Below, in pieces: positions 40,818 through 52,377 of a DNA stretch of 64,000 nucleotides. The DNA is from a virus. The notes under the pieces are model-generated. The model saw only the letters and a list, made by a program, of their open reading frames with translations, had not been told where the DNA came from and did no database searches. A program made the translations under genes and the position numbers. Location of the stretch: positions 6,719 through 70,718 of IMG/VR virus record IMGVR_UViG_3300009183_004297; one strand, given 5' to 3'. The stretch's first letter is position 1. Each line of letters begins with the position of its first letter.

Positions 40818-41726
40818 TTAACTAAGCGCGATGCCAAACGCAACCGCTTGAATGTCTACATAATCTTTACTGGCCGCATCACGTGGTGACGCTGGCAGTA
40901 AATTCAAAGTTATTCTATCAAACACGCCAATGTTACCAAACAGGTAAGTTGTGCTTGATGCGTTGTTTACAGTAAGGTTACCAGCAACAATCAAATTGCT
41001 CAGTGTACCCACTGTGGTAATATTAGTTTGCAGTGCAGTTGTCAGTGTACCACTAATGTAGTTACCTGAAATGTTGGCCGGTGTTGTTATATTACCACCC
41101 ACACGCAGGTTACTGCCCACGGTCATGAAGTTGGTGGCGTTTACGTTACCTGCCCATAGGTTACCCGAAAACAACAACAAGTTGGCACTGCCGGTGATGT
41201 TGCCAGAGATAAACAACTGTCCTGAGGTACTTCTGATGTTGCCTATGCTGATCAATTGACCTGTGGCATTCACGCTGGCTACGTTGGCATTGCCCAGTGT
41301 GTAGAAACTGCCGCCTTGAATTAGGTTAGCAACTGTGGCTGAGTTGGCAATGAACACATTGGCACGTGTGCTTTTCTTTACAATCAGTCCACCGTCAACA
41401 ATAACACCGCCTAGTACCAGGTTAGCAGTGGTATCTTGTGTGCTTTGGAATTGGGTTGGGTTGGCAACAAAACCACCTGAGAATGTTGTACCCACTGTGG
41501 CAATTTCAATGCCATTGTAGGTGTAGTATCCGCTTATTACGCCGGTTCCAGCCGCAGTCAAATTGGTACTTACTGTGAGGTTACCAGTGCTGATATTGCT
41601 GGCAAATTCTACTCGGGCCGCTTCAAGAAAATCTGTGTTAGAGTTGACCTTGACAAAAGCGTCTCGTATGGAATCTCCCAAACCATCGTTTGGGTTAATG
41701 CCTGTGTTGATATTTAATATGGCCAT
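40818..41726 (-). CDS. Short fibre/baseplate protein
   Basis: N-terminal NDGLGDSIRDAF.KVN (T4 gp9/gp10-like start) and DAASKDYVD motif. Confidence 0.7.
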   Translation of the reverse strand: MAILNINTGINPNDGLGDSIRDAFVKVNSNTDFLEAARVEFASNISTGNLTVSTNLTAAGTGVISGYYTYNGIEIATVGTTFSGGFVANPTQFQSTQDTTANLVLGGVIVDGGLIVKKSTRANVFIANSATVANLIQGGSFYTLGNANVASVNATGQLISIGNIRSTSGQLFISGNITGSANLLLFSGNLWAGNVNATNFMTVGSNLRVGGNITTPANISGNYISGTLTTALQTNITTVGTLSNLIVAGNLTVNNASSTTYLFGNIGVFDRITLNLLPASPRDAASKDYVDIQAVAFGIALS

Positions 41727-41771
41727 TGTTTGCTCGTTATTGACATATTTATGGGTCGTGTGCTCACTGGA

Positions 41772-42878
41772 TTAAGTTCCAAACGTGATCATCAAGGTAT
41801 CCACATATGACTTGGTGGTCACTGCGTTGTATTCATAATTTTGGATACTGGTGTCTGTTATAAAAATATTTCCAGCTGTGACGTTGCCGGCAGCAAGATT
41901 AATGGTGCCCCCAGTAATCTGAGCATTGGCAGTTGAGAAGTTAGAATAGTTGCCTAAGCTACTGTACACGTTTGCAATACGACTTACTGCACCTGCGGCT
42001 GTGGTACCAATTGTTGACGCTGAACTTGTTATGTGTGCGTTAGCTGAATTTAGCGCACTAAAGTCACCCAGGGTGGCATACACGTTTGCCACACGACTCA
42101 CTGCACCTGCGGCATCAGTTCCAATTGATCCACCACTGGCCACTATGTTTGCTGTTTCAATTGCTACACCACGCATCCATGAACTAACAGTTCCTGTTAG
42201 TTGTACGTTTGCTGCCGATAGTCCAGTAGTCACTGACCAGGTTGATGCAGCACCGGTTATTCCAGTTATGCTACCGCCAGTGATCAATGCATTAGCAGTT
42301 GAGAAGTTTGTGGAGTTACTTAAAACAGAGTACACGTTTGCCACACGACTCACTGCACCTGTGGCATCAGTACCTATTGATCCACCACTGGCCACTATGT
42401 TTGCTGTTTCAATTGCTACACCACGCATCCATGAACTAGCAGTTCCTGTTAGTTGTACGTTGGCCGCTGACAAATTGGAGTGATTTGATGTGGAAGCGTA
42501 AACGTTTGCCACACGACTCACTGCACCTGCGGCTGTGGTACCAATTGATCCGCCACTCATTACCAAGTTAGCAGTTTCAATTGCTACACCACGCATCCAC
42601 GAACTAGCTGTACCGGTTAGTTGTACGTTGGCAGCTGACAACCCGGTAGAAACCAGCCAAAATGTTGCAGACCCAGTTATACCAGTTACACTACCGCCAG
42701 TGATCAATGCATTGGCTGTGCTAACACGTGCTATACGTGCTTCTGTTGTTATGTCCGCAGTAGCTACAATCAAGTTTCCAACGTTTACATAGTCTTGATC
42801 TTGGAACGCCAGTGTGCCAAGATCAGCATTGGTTGGTATCTGATCTGGCTCTGTTCCTATTAGGTTGATATTTGGCAT
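41772..42878 (-). CDS. Fibre-like structural protein with internal repeats
   Basis: QIPTNADLGTLAFQD start; three SSWMRGVAIETAN repeats; TTKSYVD end. Confidence 0.7.
   Translation of the reverse strand: MPNINLIGTEPDQIPTNADLGTLAFQDQDYVNVGNLIVATADITTEARIARVSTANALITGGSVTGITGSATFWLVSTGLSAANVQLTGTASSWMRGVAIETANLVMSGGSIGTTAAGAVSRVANVYASTSNHSNLSAANVQLTGTASSWMRGVAIETANIVASGGSIGTDATGAVSRVANVYSVLSNSTNFSTANALITGGSITGITGAASTWSVTTGLSAANVQLTGTVSSWMRGVAIETANIVASGGSIGTDAAGAVSRVANVYATLGDFSALNSANAHITSSASTIGTTAAGAVSRIANVYSSLGNYSNFSTANAQITGGTINLAAGNVTAGNIFITDTSIQNYEYNAVTTKSYVDTLMITFGT
41960..42700 (-). repeat. Imperfect internal repeats (168 and 252 bp spacing)
   Basis: acgcatcc anchors at 42171, 42423 and 42591. 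Confidence 0.75.
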
Positions 42879-42891
42879 TCGTTACGTCCTA

Positions 42892-45800
42892 TTATACTCG
42901 TTTGGTGCTGGCTTGTAGCGCACCGTCTTCAATTTGTCTTGGATAGATAGCAATTCTATTTACTGTTCCATTCCATGTACTTAATCCTCCAACTGTGCTT
43001 GACCCAACATACAGTGTTGTCCATGCTGGTAATGTAGCAACCAAGTCATTTGTTACTGGTCCCCCGTCTGCCACTGCGCTGATGTCATTGAATCTAAGGC
43101 TGGTGCCAATGCGTTGACCTGTCAACCAACCAGCTGTGGTCACTGCCAAGTTGGCTTGTAGTGTGCCACCTTGGTAAATTGCCACGTTGGCAGCACGTGG
43201 CATTGCGGATCCAGGTGCGTCTTGCACATAGATTTGCATGCGGTTGTTTGCATCGCCTTCAAAGCTGGCCAGTGCAAATCGTCCTGTGGTCAAGCTGTTG
43301 GTAGTTACACCGTTGTTCAAACTTGCTTGCACAACCAATGCAGTGCCAACAGTGTTGCCTGTCCAGGCTGTGTTTGCCTGGGTAACACTCACTGTGGCTG
43401 CTCCACGACTAGCAGTTGCAAATCCGGTTTCAACAAACCCAGATCCATAACGTGCGGCTTCCAGTTGCATGCCAGCTACAAATGCACCACCCAGTCCAAG
43501 TTGTCCGGTGTAGCTCACTGTGCCAGTTCTTGCCAGTGCAACATAGCAGTTGGCATTGACAGTGGTTTTGTTTAGTGTTACAAAAATTCTATACCAGTGC
43601 TGTCCTGCAAAGTCTGTGTTGATTCTACGAATCTCCCCACTGTACACGGCTGCACCATTGGCCACAATATTTCCGTAGCTTAGGTCAAATATAGGACCAT
43701 CGCCTTCACCTTGGAAGCCCATGCTGATCTGGCTGCGTGTGTTGGCCTTGACAAATATTGATGCAGTATAGAAAGTGGCAGGTGTCAGTGCATCGTATGT
43801 GTTTGAAAATCCATGCAAGGTAGCTGTGGCATCTTCAACCAACGACGCAACTCCTGTACTGGTACCAAACGGTGATAGCACCGCAGTGGCGTTGGCAAAG
43901 CCAGCTGTGCCTGGCCCACTCACTCCAGCCACAGTGCTCAGTCCATAACTGCTATACACCAAGGTGTTGGCAAAGAATGTACTTTGTTTGAACAAGTTAG
44001 TGGTTGCACCTTCGATCAACAGGCCTTGGCAAACACCATTTGCATCAAAGTGGATCGGCGGCACATTGGCTGCAACATAAACCACGTTGCCTGATTGATC
44101 TGTCACAGCCGCATTACCTGTTCTGGTATAGCTCATGCGCGGATCAAGTCTGCGTCCGTTAGTGAAATCAAAGCTCAATGCACGAACGTTGGCACGTGTG
44201 TTCACAATGTTTATGTCAGTGAATGTTGCTGACTTGGGATCAACGTTACCAATCACAGTGCCGTTAATAGCTGGCAGTACAATACCCGGTACGCTGAATG
44301 CACCAGTTACCTGCAGGTTACCAACTATGATGTTGGCCTGGAATGTTGAGTTCTGTGCTACATTGATGTTGCCGCCAACAAATATGTTCTTGGCCACACC
44401 CATACCGCCTGCCACCAACACTGCACCTTGATTGGTAGCAAAGCTGTCTCCGGCAAAGGTTAATTTAACAGGAGGGTCAACTTGGACCAAACTTGTACCA
44501 CCAGCAGGGTCTGGCATGACCAAACTTGAGGTTGGTACGTTGTTGGCAATGTAGAACACATTTGATGTGAACACAAACGCATTACTGATAGTTCCTGCAA
44601 TGTTGTTGGTGTTGCTTCGGAACACAGTGGTTGCATATGAGCCAGTTGCAGTTGCATTTGCAACCACTGCGGTATCAATTGAACTGATACCTGCACCATT
44701 GCTCCAGAACATCAAGCTGGCGTTGGCAGCTAGTTCTTCAATTACCACTCCACCATATGTTCTTTGAACGATTGGGAATGCGTTGGCTGTGCCGCCAGAC
44801 TGGATGATGTTTCCGAATGTTCTTACTGTTGTTACCTGTGTGTTACCAAGCACACCACCACGTAGGGTTAGTGTATTTGCTGTCCACACTGTGCCTATCA
44901 AGAGCTGAGCATTGACTTGGTATCCTGGATTGTATGTGATTGATCCCAGGTACATGTTTTCTGCCGCGGTACCCAAATACAAACCAGTAATGTTTTGTTC
45001 ATCAAACAAGTTAACAATGTTACCAGTGGTGTTAAAGTTAACGTTGCTAAAGAAATTTACATTTCCACTGTAGACATCAATGTTGGTATTGAATCTTGGA
45101 ACAGAGTTAAATGTTGCACCACCATTGGCCGTGAACACACCAGTCACTGTGGCTGGACCAAACACGTTCAAACTGGCCACGTTGCCCAGCAACACGTTAC
45201 CTTGGCTGGCATCAAATGAGCCTGTCAATGTGATGTTGCCATTCACTTGCAGGTTGGTTAGGTTACCAACAGTAGTAATGTATGGTTGTGCATTGGTCAC
45301 AATGCGTCCACTGAAATTGTTAAAGTCAGCAGTGGTACCACTTACGTTACCGCTGGTGATGTTGCCTGTAACATCCAGCGAAGTCAGTGACCCAACTGAG
45401 GTGATATTAGGTTGTGCGCTGGTTTGTAGTGTACCTGTTAGATTTGTAAACGATCCATTGGTGCCAGTTGCATTGCCGTTGAATTGACTGTAGGTAGCAG
45501 TAGCGCCATCAGCGTCTCCATACAAGTGACCAACAACATTGTTGAACACGCCAGTGGCACCAGTTACGTTACCTGTGGATACGTTACCTGTTGCGGCAAT
45601 ACCATACACTGATAAATTGCCAGCGGTGACGGTTTGTGTAACAAATGCATTGTTGGTGTACAGTTTGTCTGACACAAAATCGTTTTGAGTAACGACGTTC
45701 TTACCAAAGGCTGCACCACCAAACGGTATGGTAATTGCACCTTGTAATCCACTACCAGTATCAAGTCCAGTGGTACCATTATAAGATATTAAGTTACCAG

Positions 45801-48800
45801 TAATAGTGGCGTCACCAGTCATGCTCACTAGCGGACTTTCTAGGTATTGTAATGCAATTACAGCATTGGCAACCAAGGCGTTAGCATAGCCCACCCCACT
45901 AACAGTAATACTTTCTACGTTTGCAGTAACACCAGTGACGTTGGCATTGATGTTCAAGATGCCTAACGTACCAGCAATGTTTATGTTGCCGGTTGTGATA
46001 GTGTCGGTAACAGTTATATTTCCAGCACCAATGTTGCCAGTAACTCCCAATGATACCAAGGTACCAACTGCGGTAATATTTGGTTGAGTTTGTGTTTCAA
46101 TGTAACCCGAAAACAGATTTGCAGTTACACGAGTATTTGCAATCAGTTCAACCAATTGAATAGAGTTGGCAGTGACATTGCCTAGATACGACAAGCCAGT
46201 GGCTTGTAGTGTTGTGAACTTACCAGTTGATGGATTCGCAACACCAATTGGTGTTGCAGTTATGTTACCACCACTGATAACAGCATTTGCAGTACTGAAG
46301 TTGGCAGCAGTTGCAGTTGTGACGCTTACATTGCCGCCAGTGATCTGAGCATTGCTGGTATTGATAGAACCAGTTGCAATAGCATTTGTTACGTTGAGTC
46401 CAATTAATGTGCCAACGGATGTAATGTTGGTTTGACTTGCATCAAGCACAGCACCACGTATGCTGGTGAATGTACCAGTTGTGCCTGACACATTGCCAGT
46501 TGATGCATTGCCAGTTACCCCTAGCGAAACTAAAGTACCAACTTGTGTGATATTGGTTTGACTTGCATCAAGCACAGCACCACGTATGCTGGTGAATGTA
46601 CCAGTTGTACCACTTACGTTGCCGGTGCTGGTATTACCAGTTACTGCCAGAGATACTAAGGTACCAACTTGTGTGATATTGGTTTGACTTGCATCAAGTA
46701 CAGCACCACGTATGCTAGTGAATGTACCAGTTGTGCCTGACACATTGCCAGTTGATGCATTGCCAGTTACTGCTAAAGAATCTAGTGTACCAACAGCAGT
46801 AATGTTGGGTTGACTTGCATCCAACAAGGTACCACGTATGCTAGTGAATGTACCAGTTGTGCCTGACACATTGCCAGTTGATGCATTGCCAGTTACCCCC
46901 AACGAATTCAGTGTACCAACAGCAGTAATGTTGGGTTGACTTGCATCAAGTACAGCACCACGAATGCTGGTGAAAGTACCAGTGGTACCACTCACATTGC
47001 CAGTGCTGGCATTGCCAGTGACAGCCAGTGTACCCAGTGTACCTACAGCAGTAATGTTGGTTTGACTTGCATCAAGTACAGCACCACGAATGCCAGTGAA
47101 TGTACCAGTGGTACCACTCACATTGCCAGTGCTGGCATTACCAGTAACTGACAAGGTACCTAGTGTGCCCACAGCAGTGATATTGGTTTGTGACGCATCC
47201 AGTAGTGTACCACGAATGCTGGTGAATGTACCTGTAGTACCTGACACGTTACCTGTAGTTGCGTTACCAGTCACAGCCAGAGTATCTAGTGTACCAACAG
47301 CAGTGATATTGGTCTGGCTTGCATCAAGCACAGCACCACGTATGTTTGTGAATGTACCTGTAGTACCTGACACGTTACCTGTAGTTGCGTTACCAGTTAC
47401 TGATAAAGAACCCAGTATACCCACTGCGGTAATATTGGTTTGACTAGCAGTAGTTAATGTGCCACCAACTGATGTAGCTGATACATTTGTAAATGTTGCA
47501 TTCGTGCCTGACACGTTACCGTTCACTGTGCTAAATGTAGCAATATTACCTGTGATGTTTGACAGTGTGAGATTGCTTAATCCTGCTTGCCCATTTGCAC
47601 CAATGAAGTTGCCATTGGTCATTATTAAGTTTGCTGTAGATACATAATTGTCAACTACTATATTCGGGGTGCTGATTGATTTATTAAACACCCATCCATC
47701 ATATGGATAAAAATACGTGATTGACGCATTGGCACCACCCAGTGTGATACCACCTAGATTGGCAGACGCGGCATTTGGTGTGCCATTGCCCAGAATAATA
47801 TTTTTATCAGTTACGTTCAACTCTTGCGTATTGACTGAAGTGGTGTTGCCGGAAATATATAAATTACCTGCAATAGTTAAATCGCGACCAATGGTCACAT
47901 CGTTGCCAACGTCTAGATCACTTAAGGTACCAATTTCGGTTATATTAGGTTGGCTTGCAGTAGCAATGGAACCAAAAATTGATCCAACAACAACATTAGC
48001 GGCTGTGACATTGCCAGTGACAGCCAGTGTACCCAGGGTACCTACAGTAGTGATATAAGGTTGAGCAGATGTTTGTACAGTGCCAACAATGTCGGTAAAC
48101 CCCCCAGTGATGCCGGATATTAAATTACTAGAAATATTGTTTGATATTATGTTTCCGGTGACCCAAATATTGGCGCCAAAATATGAATCGTTTGATACCG
48201 CCAATGTGGTCAAGTTTCCAACAGTTGTAATGTTGTTTTGATTTGGATCAAGCAACTTACCACGTATGTTGCTGAATGTACCAGTAGAGCCACTTACATT
48301 ACCAGTGGCCGCATTACCAGTAACAGCTAGAGTACCCAAAGTACCCACTGCGGTAATATTGGTTTGGCTGGCAGTTTGTAGTGTGCCTGTTACATTTGTG
48401 AATGTGCCGGTGGTTGCAGATACACTAACACCTGTTACATTGCCAAACAATGATCCGATGACATTTGCGAATACGCCTGTGGTTCCGCTTACATTGCCAG
48501 TTGTTGCATTGCCAGTTACAGCCAGTGCACCTAATGTACCAACTGCGGTAATATTGGTTTGACTAGCAGTAGTTAGTGTACCGCTGACTGAGGTAAATGT
48601 GCCAGTTGTGGCGTTGACGTTAGTTGCCTGTACTTGACTGGCATAAACATTTCCGCCTACCACTGCGTGGGTAGTGACATTTAGGTTTGGAACAGTAACG
48701 TTACCGGTAAATGTTTGTCCGGAGATGCTGGCTCTTAGTTGTATTTCGGCATTGGCCGCTGTGACATTTGCACGAATTGCAGACATCTGCACAGCTTGAC

Positions 48801-50625
48801 TGGCCGCATTAGATGTCATGGTGTTGATGTTAGCAGTCAGCTGAGATACGGTAGCATACGGAGCCAAATCAACAATGGTCAACGATGAAGATCCTAGGCT
48901 TGCAATGGCCGCATTGGCTGCTTCAATGTTGGCTCTCACTCCGGCAATCTCGACACTTTGAGCTGATGAGTTGCTGATGAGTGTAGTTAGTTGTCCTGTT
49001 TGGATTGCGGCATTGGTATACAATGCAGTGATCAATGATCCCTGTGTGCCTGCGTTGGCTTCCAGCGCACCTATTAGGCCAGCTTGTGTTACCGCGTTGG
49101 CTTCAAATCCAGCTAGAGTTTGTGCCTGACTTGCCGCATTGGCAGTCAGCGTATTTAGAGCAATGTTCTGACTGGCCGCATTGGCAGTTAGACTATTGAG
49201 TTCATTTTGTTGTAAAATTGCATTGGCACTCAATGCAGTTAGTGTGGCACCTTGCCCTGCCGCATTAGATACCAATGATGCAATAGACGCATTGGCCGCA
49301 GTGACATTTGCTCTTAGGTCAGTGATTTCAGTTGACTGAGTACCAGCATTGGCAGTGAGTGAATTTAGTGTGGCACCTTGCGTGGCTGAGTTGGCTTGCA
49401 GGGCTGTGATATTGTTTTCTGTGCTGGCGATACGTACATTGGATGCAGTGACGTTGGCACGTAGACCAGCAATGGCCACATTGGCAGCAATAACGCTGGC
49501 GTTGGTTGCAAAGTCTACGGATTGTAGTGCCGCAATAGTTGCATTGGCCGCAATGACATTGGCACGTAAGCCAGCAATCTCAACACTCTGAGCAGCCGCA
49601 TTTGCAGTCAGTGTGTTGACAGCACTAGTGGTAGCATACCCGCTTAATGACGATTGAACCGCCGCAATAGACGCATTTGCCGCAGTTAAACTGGCATTTG
49701 TAGCAAAGTCCGACCCCTCCAGGACCGCAATGGCAGCATTGGCTGCTGTGACATTTGCTCGCAGTGCATTGATAGCCGCACCTTGTGAAGCGGCATTTGA
49801 AGTCAGAGTGTTGACATTGGTTGCAAGTTGAGTGGTGGTTGCATATCCACTTAGGTCTGGGCTTGCTGCCGCTGTGAGCTGAACAGTGTTGTCGCCAAAT
49901 CTGATTCCTTTGCCGGCAGTAAAGTTTAGGTTACCACCTACAGTTGCAGTGGAGTTGACCAACAGCGTGTTGGTCTGCGTTAACCCTGTTACTGTTACAG
50001 TGCTGAAAGTTCCACCAGTGTTGACCAGGGTAGAGTTGCTGATGACCACACCATCAATGTTACCGCCTGTGATATCAGCTGTGTTTTGTGATGCCGCAAT
50101 GTTGGCTGCAATCCAATTGGAAACAACAACTTTGGCAGATGCAATATTGCTCTGCAAATCTGCAGGTGTTACTGCACCCAGTACATCATTAACAGTAAGT
50201 ACCACATTACCCACACGCCCAGCCACAGTCAGCACTGGTTGTACAGGTGTGCCAGATGTGGTGAATGTGGCAATGTTACCCACTGTGGCATTACCCAATG
50301 TGCCAACTGCTAACGTTACATCATTTAGTCCAGTTGTGCCACCTAGTGCATTGCCCCAAATTACTACAGTATTACCTACAGCATATCCAGAACCTCGATG
50401 TACGATTGTGGCAGAATACTCGTTTACGAAACGTGTGACTGTGAATCGTGCGCCGGTGCCTGCACTGGATGTTGTGCTGGCTACATTGACATAGGTCAGG
50501 CCCTGGGTCTCTACTGTGGAATAGAGCTCAGCGAAATTATTGTTTGTTTTGGTAAAGGCTGCGTACAGCGTATCACCGGTGCCATCACCGGCTACGTTAC
50601 CGACGTCGATCAGTTGTTGAGACAT
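42892..50625 (-). CDS. Giant tail fibre/spike protein (2577 aa)
   Basis: GDGTGDTLYAAF.K.N.NF N-terminus, Ala/Asn coiled coil, 42-aa repeats, C-terminal GLLIEG..TN...QLE lectin-like domain. Confidence 0.8.
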   Translation of the reverse strand: MSQQLIDVGNVAGDGTGDTLYAAFTKTNNNFAELYSTVETQGLTYVNVASTTSSAGTGARFTVTRFVNEYSATIVHRGSGYAVGNTVVIWGNALGGTTGLNDVTLAVGTLGNATVGNIATFTTSGTPVQPVLTVAGRVGNVVLTVNDVLGAVTPADLQSNIASAKVVVSNWIAANIAASQNTADITGGNIDGVVISNSTLVNTGGTFSTVTVTGLTQTNTLLVNSTATVGGNLNFTAGKGIRFGDNTVQLTAAASPDLSGYATTTQLATNVNTLTSNAASQGAAINALRANVTAANAAIAVLEGSDFATNASLTAANASIAAVQSSLSGYATTSAVNTLTANAAAQSVEIAGLRANVIAANATIAALQSVDFATNASVIAANVAIAGLRANVTASNVRIASTENNITALQANSATQGATLNSLTANAGTQSTEITDLRANVTAANASIASLVSNAAGQGATLTALSANAILQQNELNSLTANAASQNIALNTLTANAASQAQTLAGFEANAVTQAGLIGALEANAGTQGSLITALYTNAAIQTGQLTTLISNSSAQSVEIAGVRANIEAANAAIASLGSSSLTIVDLAPYATVSQLTANINTMTSNAASQAVQMSAIRANVTAANAEIQLRASISGQTFTGNVTVPNLNVTTHAVVGGNVYASQVQATNVNATTGTFTSVSGTLTTASQTNITAVGTLGALAVTGNATTGNVSGTTGVFANVIGSLFGNVTGVSVSATTGTFTNVTGTLQTASQTNITAVGTLGTLAVTGNAATGNVSGSTGTFSNIRGKLLDPNQNNITTVGNLTTLAVSNDSYFGANIWVTGNIISNNISSNLISGITGGFTDIVGTVQTSAQPYITTVGTLGTLAVTGNVTAANVVVGSIFGSIATASQPNITEIGTLSDLDVGNDVTIGRDLTIAGNLYISGNTTSVNTQELNVTDKNIILGNGTPNAASANLGGITLGGANASITYFYPYDGWVFNKSISTPNIVVDNYVSTANLIMTNGNFIGANGQAGLSNLTLSNITGNIATFSTVNGNVSGTNATFTNVSATSVGGTLTTASQTNITAVGILGSLSVTGNATTGNVSGTTGTFTNIRGAVLDASQTNITAVGTLDTLAVTGNATTGNVSGTTGTFTSIRGTLLDASQTNITAVGTLGTLSVTGNASTGNVSGTTGTFTGIRGAVLDASQTNITAVGTLGTLAVTGNASTGNVSGTTGTFTSIRGAVLDASQPNITAVGTLNSLGVTGNASTGNVSGTTGTFTSIRGTLLDASQPNITAVGTLDSLAVTGNASTGNVSGTTGTFTSIRGAVLDASQTNITQVGTLVSLAVTGNTSTGNVSGTTGTFTSIRGAVLDASQTNITQVGTLVSLGVTGNASTGNVSGTTGTFTSIRGAVLDASQTNITSVGTLIGLNVTNAIATGSINTSNAQITGGNVSVTTATAANFSTANAVISGGNITATPIGVANPSTGKFTTLQATGLSYLGNVTANSIQLVELIANTRVTANLFSGYIETQTQPNITAVGTLVSLGVTGNIGAGNITVTDTITTGNINIAGTLGILNINANVTGVTANVESITVSGVGYANALVANAVIALQYLESPLVSMTGDATITGNLISYNGTTGLDTGSGLQGAITIPFGGAAFGKNVVTQNDFVSDKLYTNNAFVTQTVTAGNLSVYGIAATGNVSTGNVTGATGVFNNVVGHLYGDADGATATYSQFNGNATGTNGSFTNLTGTLQTSAQPNITSVGSLTSLDVTGNITSGNVSGTTADFNNFSGRIVTNAQPYITTVGNLTNLQVNGNITLTGSFDASQGNVLLGNVASLNVFGPATVTGVFTANGGATFNSVPRFNTNIDVYSGNVNFFSNVNFNTTGNIVNLFDEQNITGLYLGTAAENMYLGSITYNPGYQVNAQLLIGTVWTANTLTLRGGVLGNTQVTTVRTFGNIIQSGGTANAFPIVQRTYGGVVIEELAANASLMFWSNGAGISSIDTAVVANATATGSYATTVFRSNTNNIAGTISNAFVFTSNVFYIANNVPTSSLVMPDPAGGTSLVQVDPPVKLTFAGDSFATNQGAVLVAGGMGVAKNIFVGGNINVAQNSTFQANIIVGNLQVTGAFSVPGIVLPAINGTVIGNVDPKSATFTDINIVNTRANVRALSFDFTNGRRLDPRMSYTRTGNAAVTDQSGNVVYVAANVPPIHFDANGVCQGLLIEGATTNLFKQSTFFANTLVYSSYGLSTVAGVSGPGTAGFANATAVLSPFGTSTGVASLVEDATATLHGFSNTYDALTPATFYTASIFVKANTRSQISMGFQGEGDGPIFDLSYGNIVANGAAVYSGEIRRINTDFAGQHWYRIFVTLNKTTVNANCYVALARTGTVSYTGQLGLGGAFVAGMQLEAARYGSGFVETGFATASRGAATVSVTQANTAWTGNTVGTALVVQASLNNGVTTNSLTTGRFALASFEGDANNRMQIYVQDAPGSAMPRAANVAIYQGGTLQANLAVTTAGWLTGQRIGTSLRFNDISAVADGGPVTNDLVATLPAWTTLYVGSSTVGGLSTWNGTVNRIAIYPRQIEDGALQASTKRV
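46400..47450 (-). repeat. Tandem 126-bp (42-aa) repeat, about 8 copies
   Basis: Unit DASQTNITAVGTLxxLxVTGNAxTGNVSGTTGTFTxIRGxxL; anchors at 46441, 46567, 46693 ... 47323. Confidence 0.9.
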
Positions 50626-50680
50626 TATCTACCCTCATATTTGATATTTATGCAGGCAGATAGATAATGGAATTTGGCGG

Positions 50681-51004
50681 TCAGACGCTGAAGCTACTGC
50701 CGCATCCGCAACTGGTTTGGGCGTTGGGATTCTTGATTTTGAACTCAGACCCCATGACACTTTCGGTGTAGTCTATCTCTGCGCCCTGCAAATACTGACT
50801 ACTCATGGAATCTACCAGGAAATGCACACCGTCAACTTCAATATCAAAGTCATCTTCGTTCTGTTCTTGGTCAAATGTAAAGCCGTACTGCATGCCTGAG
50901 CATCCGCCACCCTGTACAAATATGCGCAGTTTAAGATCTGGATCCTTTTCGTCAATCAGTAAATCTCGAACTCGGGTGGCTGCACTTGTGGTAATGGTTA
51001 TCAT
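50681..51004 (-). CDS. erpA: Fe-S cluster insertion protein ErpA (HesB/IscA family)
   Basis: [24 protein letters not shown]. Confidence 0.92.
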   Translation of the reverse strand: MITITTSAATRVRDLLIDEKDPDLKLRIFVQGGGCSGMQYGFTFDQEQNEDDFDIEVDGVHFLVDSMSSQYLQGAEIDYTESVMGSEFKIKNPNAQTSCGCGSSFSV

Positions 51005-51333
51005 ATTAGATCCTTTTTATCGCCTATAGTTGTATTTAACTTAGGGTTCCAATGATCAGCATCTTCTGGTGCTGATTCTTTACGATTTATTGGCTTGTAA
51101 ACTGCTGTGAGTTCTTTGTTTTTATCACGCCACCATTCTAACTCTGGCGTTATATTGCTGTCAGATCGTATGGCATCTGCAGGGCACTCAGGCTCGCATA
51201 CTCCACAATCAATACACTCGTCGGGGTTGATTACCAGCATGTTCGGTCCTGCAAGAAAGCAGTCTACGGGGCACACAACCACGCAGTCAGTGTATCTACA
51301 CTTGACACAATTTCCATTCACAATATAAGTCAT
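51001..51333 (-). CDS. fdxA: Ferredoxin (FdxA-like, 7Fe type)
   Basis: [18 protein letters not shown] and [12 protein letters not shown]. Confidence 0.92.
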   Translation of the reverse strand: MTYIVNGNCVKCRYTDCVVVCPVDCFLAGPNMLVINPDECIDCGVCEPECPADAIRSDSNITPELEWWRDKNKELTAVYKPINRKESAPEDADHWNPKLNTTIGDKKDLI

Positions 51334-52304
51334 TCGTCTCTTTTCTCTAAAAAGCCCGGCGGCATGTTGATTATTAAATCTGAATCGTTATTGTACACTA
51401 TAGCATAATCTTCTGCAACAACTGCGCCAACAATATTACGGTCAGCATCAGTAGAAAACCACACTAGTGCATTGGTCAATTGCCGTCCTATAACAGTGCT
51501 GGGAGCAAACACAGTGGCGCACACGCTATCGTCCATGCATGCACGTGCGGCAGCAACATCAATTGTTTTTTGATCAGTCCAACGGTAATTGAAATATTCA
51601 TTGTACTTGGTATGTTTTTCGGCGCCCGGAAGCGTTGTAACCAGTACAAGACGAGGTTGATGTTTCCACAGTTTGCAATCAAACTCAAGCCAGTCATTCC
51701 ATTGAGGTCGTTGTCCGGCATTGTCATTTATATCCAGCCAGTGTATGACTGGAACCATTGGGTGCAATCCGCTACCAAAGTTTCTAAATTCCATTGATAT
51801 TGTTGGGGAACTGAGAATATTTGAAGTATTGCTTTGCATCCAGTTGCGTAGTTCTTCATCTTTTTCAATTAATGTCATGCCCGGCAAAGGACATTTGTTT
51901 TTCATTGATGTCAATATCACTGGATGCAATGTTCGATTGCTCAGCTGGCATGCTGTTAGTTTTTTGTACCCTTTGGTCACGTGAAACTGATTGGTGTGCA
52001 TGTTGTGATACACAGCAACAGGAGTGTGATAATTTTCGCCTAGTGGATCTTCTTTGTAGATTACTTTGGGATAGTAGATGGTACTTAATGGATTGCCTTC
52101 TCCTCCTAGTACCCGATTGGTTGCCATGACCGCGGAGAACTCGGCTAGATGCATAGAATGGATCAATTTTAAGTCAACTGTACCTACCCAAATTTTTAAT
52201 CCCCAGCGCGAGAAAAAATCCGTTAGATCAGGCCAGGTAAAACTGTAACTACTAGAGGATGGAAATCGAAATTCAAATACAGTAGATTCAGACTCAACAC
52301 GCAT
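51330..52304 (-). CDS. Hypothetical protein
   Basis: Long ORF; probable start MRVESE after AAGGAG. Confidence 0.65.
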   Translation of the reverse strand: MRVESESTVFEFRFPSSSSYSFTWPDLTDFFSRWGLKIWVGTVDLKLIHSMHLAEFSAVMATNRVLGGEGNPLSTIYYPKVIYKEDPLGENYHTPVAVYHNMHTNQFHVTKGYKKLTACQLSNRTLHPVILTSMKNKCPLPGMTLIEKDEELRNWMQSNTSNILSSPTISMEFRNFGSGLHPMVPVIHWLDINDNAGQRPQWNDWLEFDCKLWKHQPRLVLVTTLPGAEKHTKYNEYFNYRWTDQKTIDVAAARACMDDSVCATVFAPSTVIGRQLTNALVWFSTDADRNIVGAVVAEDYAIVYNNDSDLIINMPPGFLEKRDE

Positions 52305-52377
52305 TTCTCCTTTGTGTTGGGAGGTGAGAATCTTTTCTCTCTGAGGTCTTCCACTGGAAGGTGAGTCATCCATGGGG

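Noticed and set aside
41960-47450. Fibre repeats as DGR template/variable regions
   Set aside because: Differences are not adenine-specific, the copies are in-frame and tandem, and there is no reverse transcriptase in the window.
29961-50667. Many plus-strand ORFs opposite the structural genes (also opposite clpA and dnaK)
   Set aside because: Antisense shadows of biased codon usage, with no motifs or RBS.
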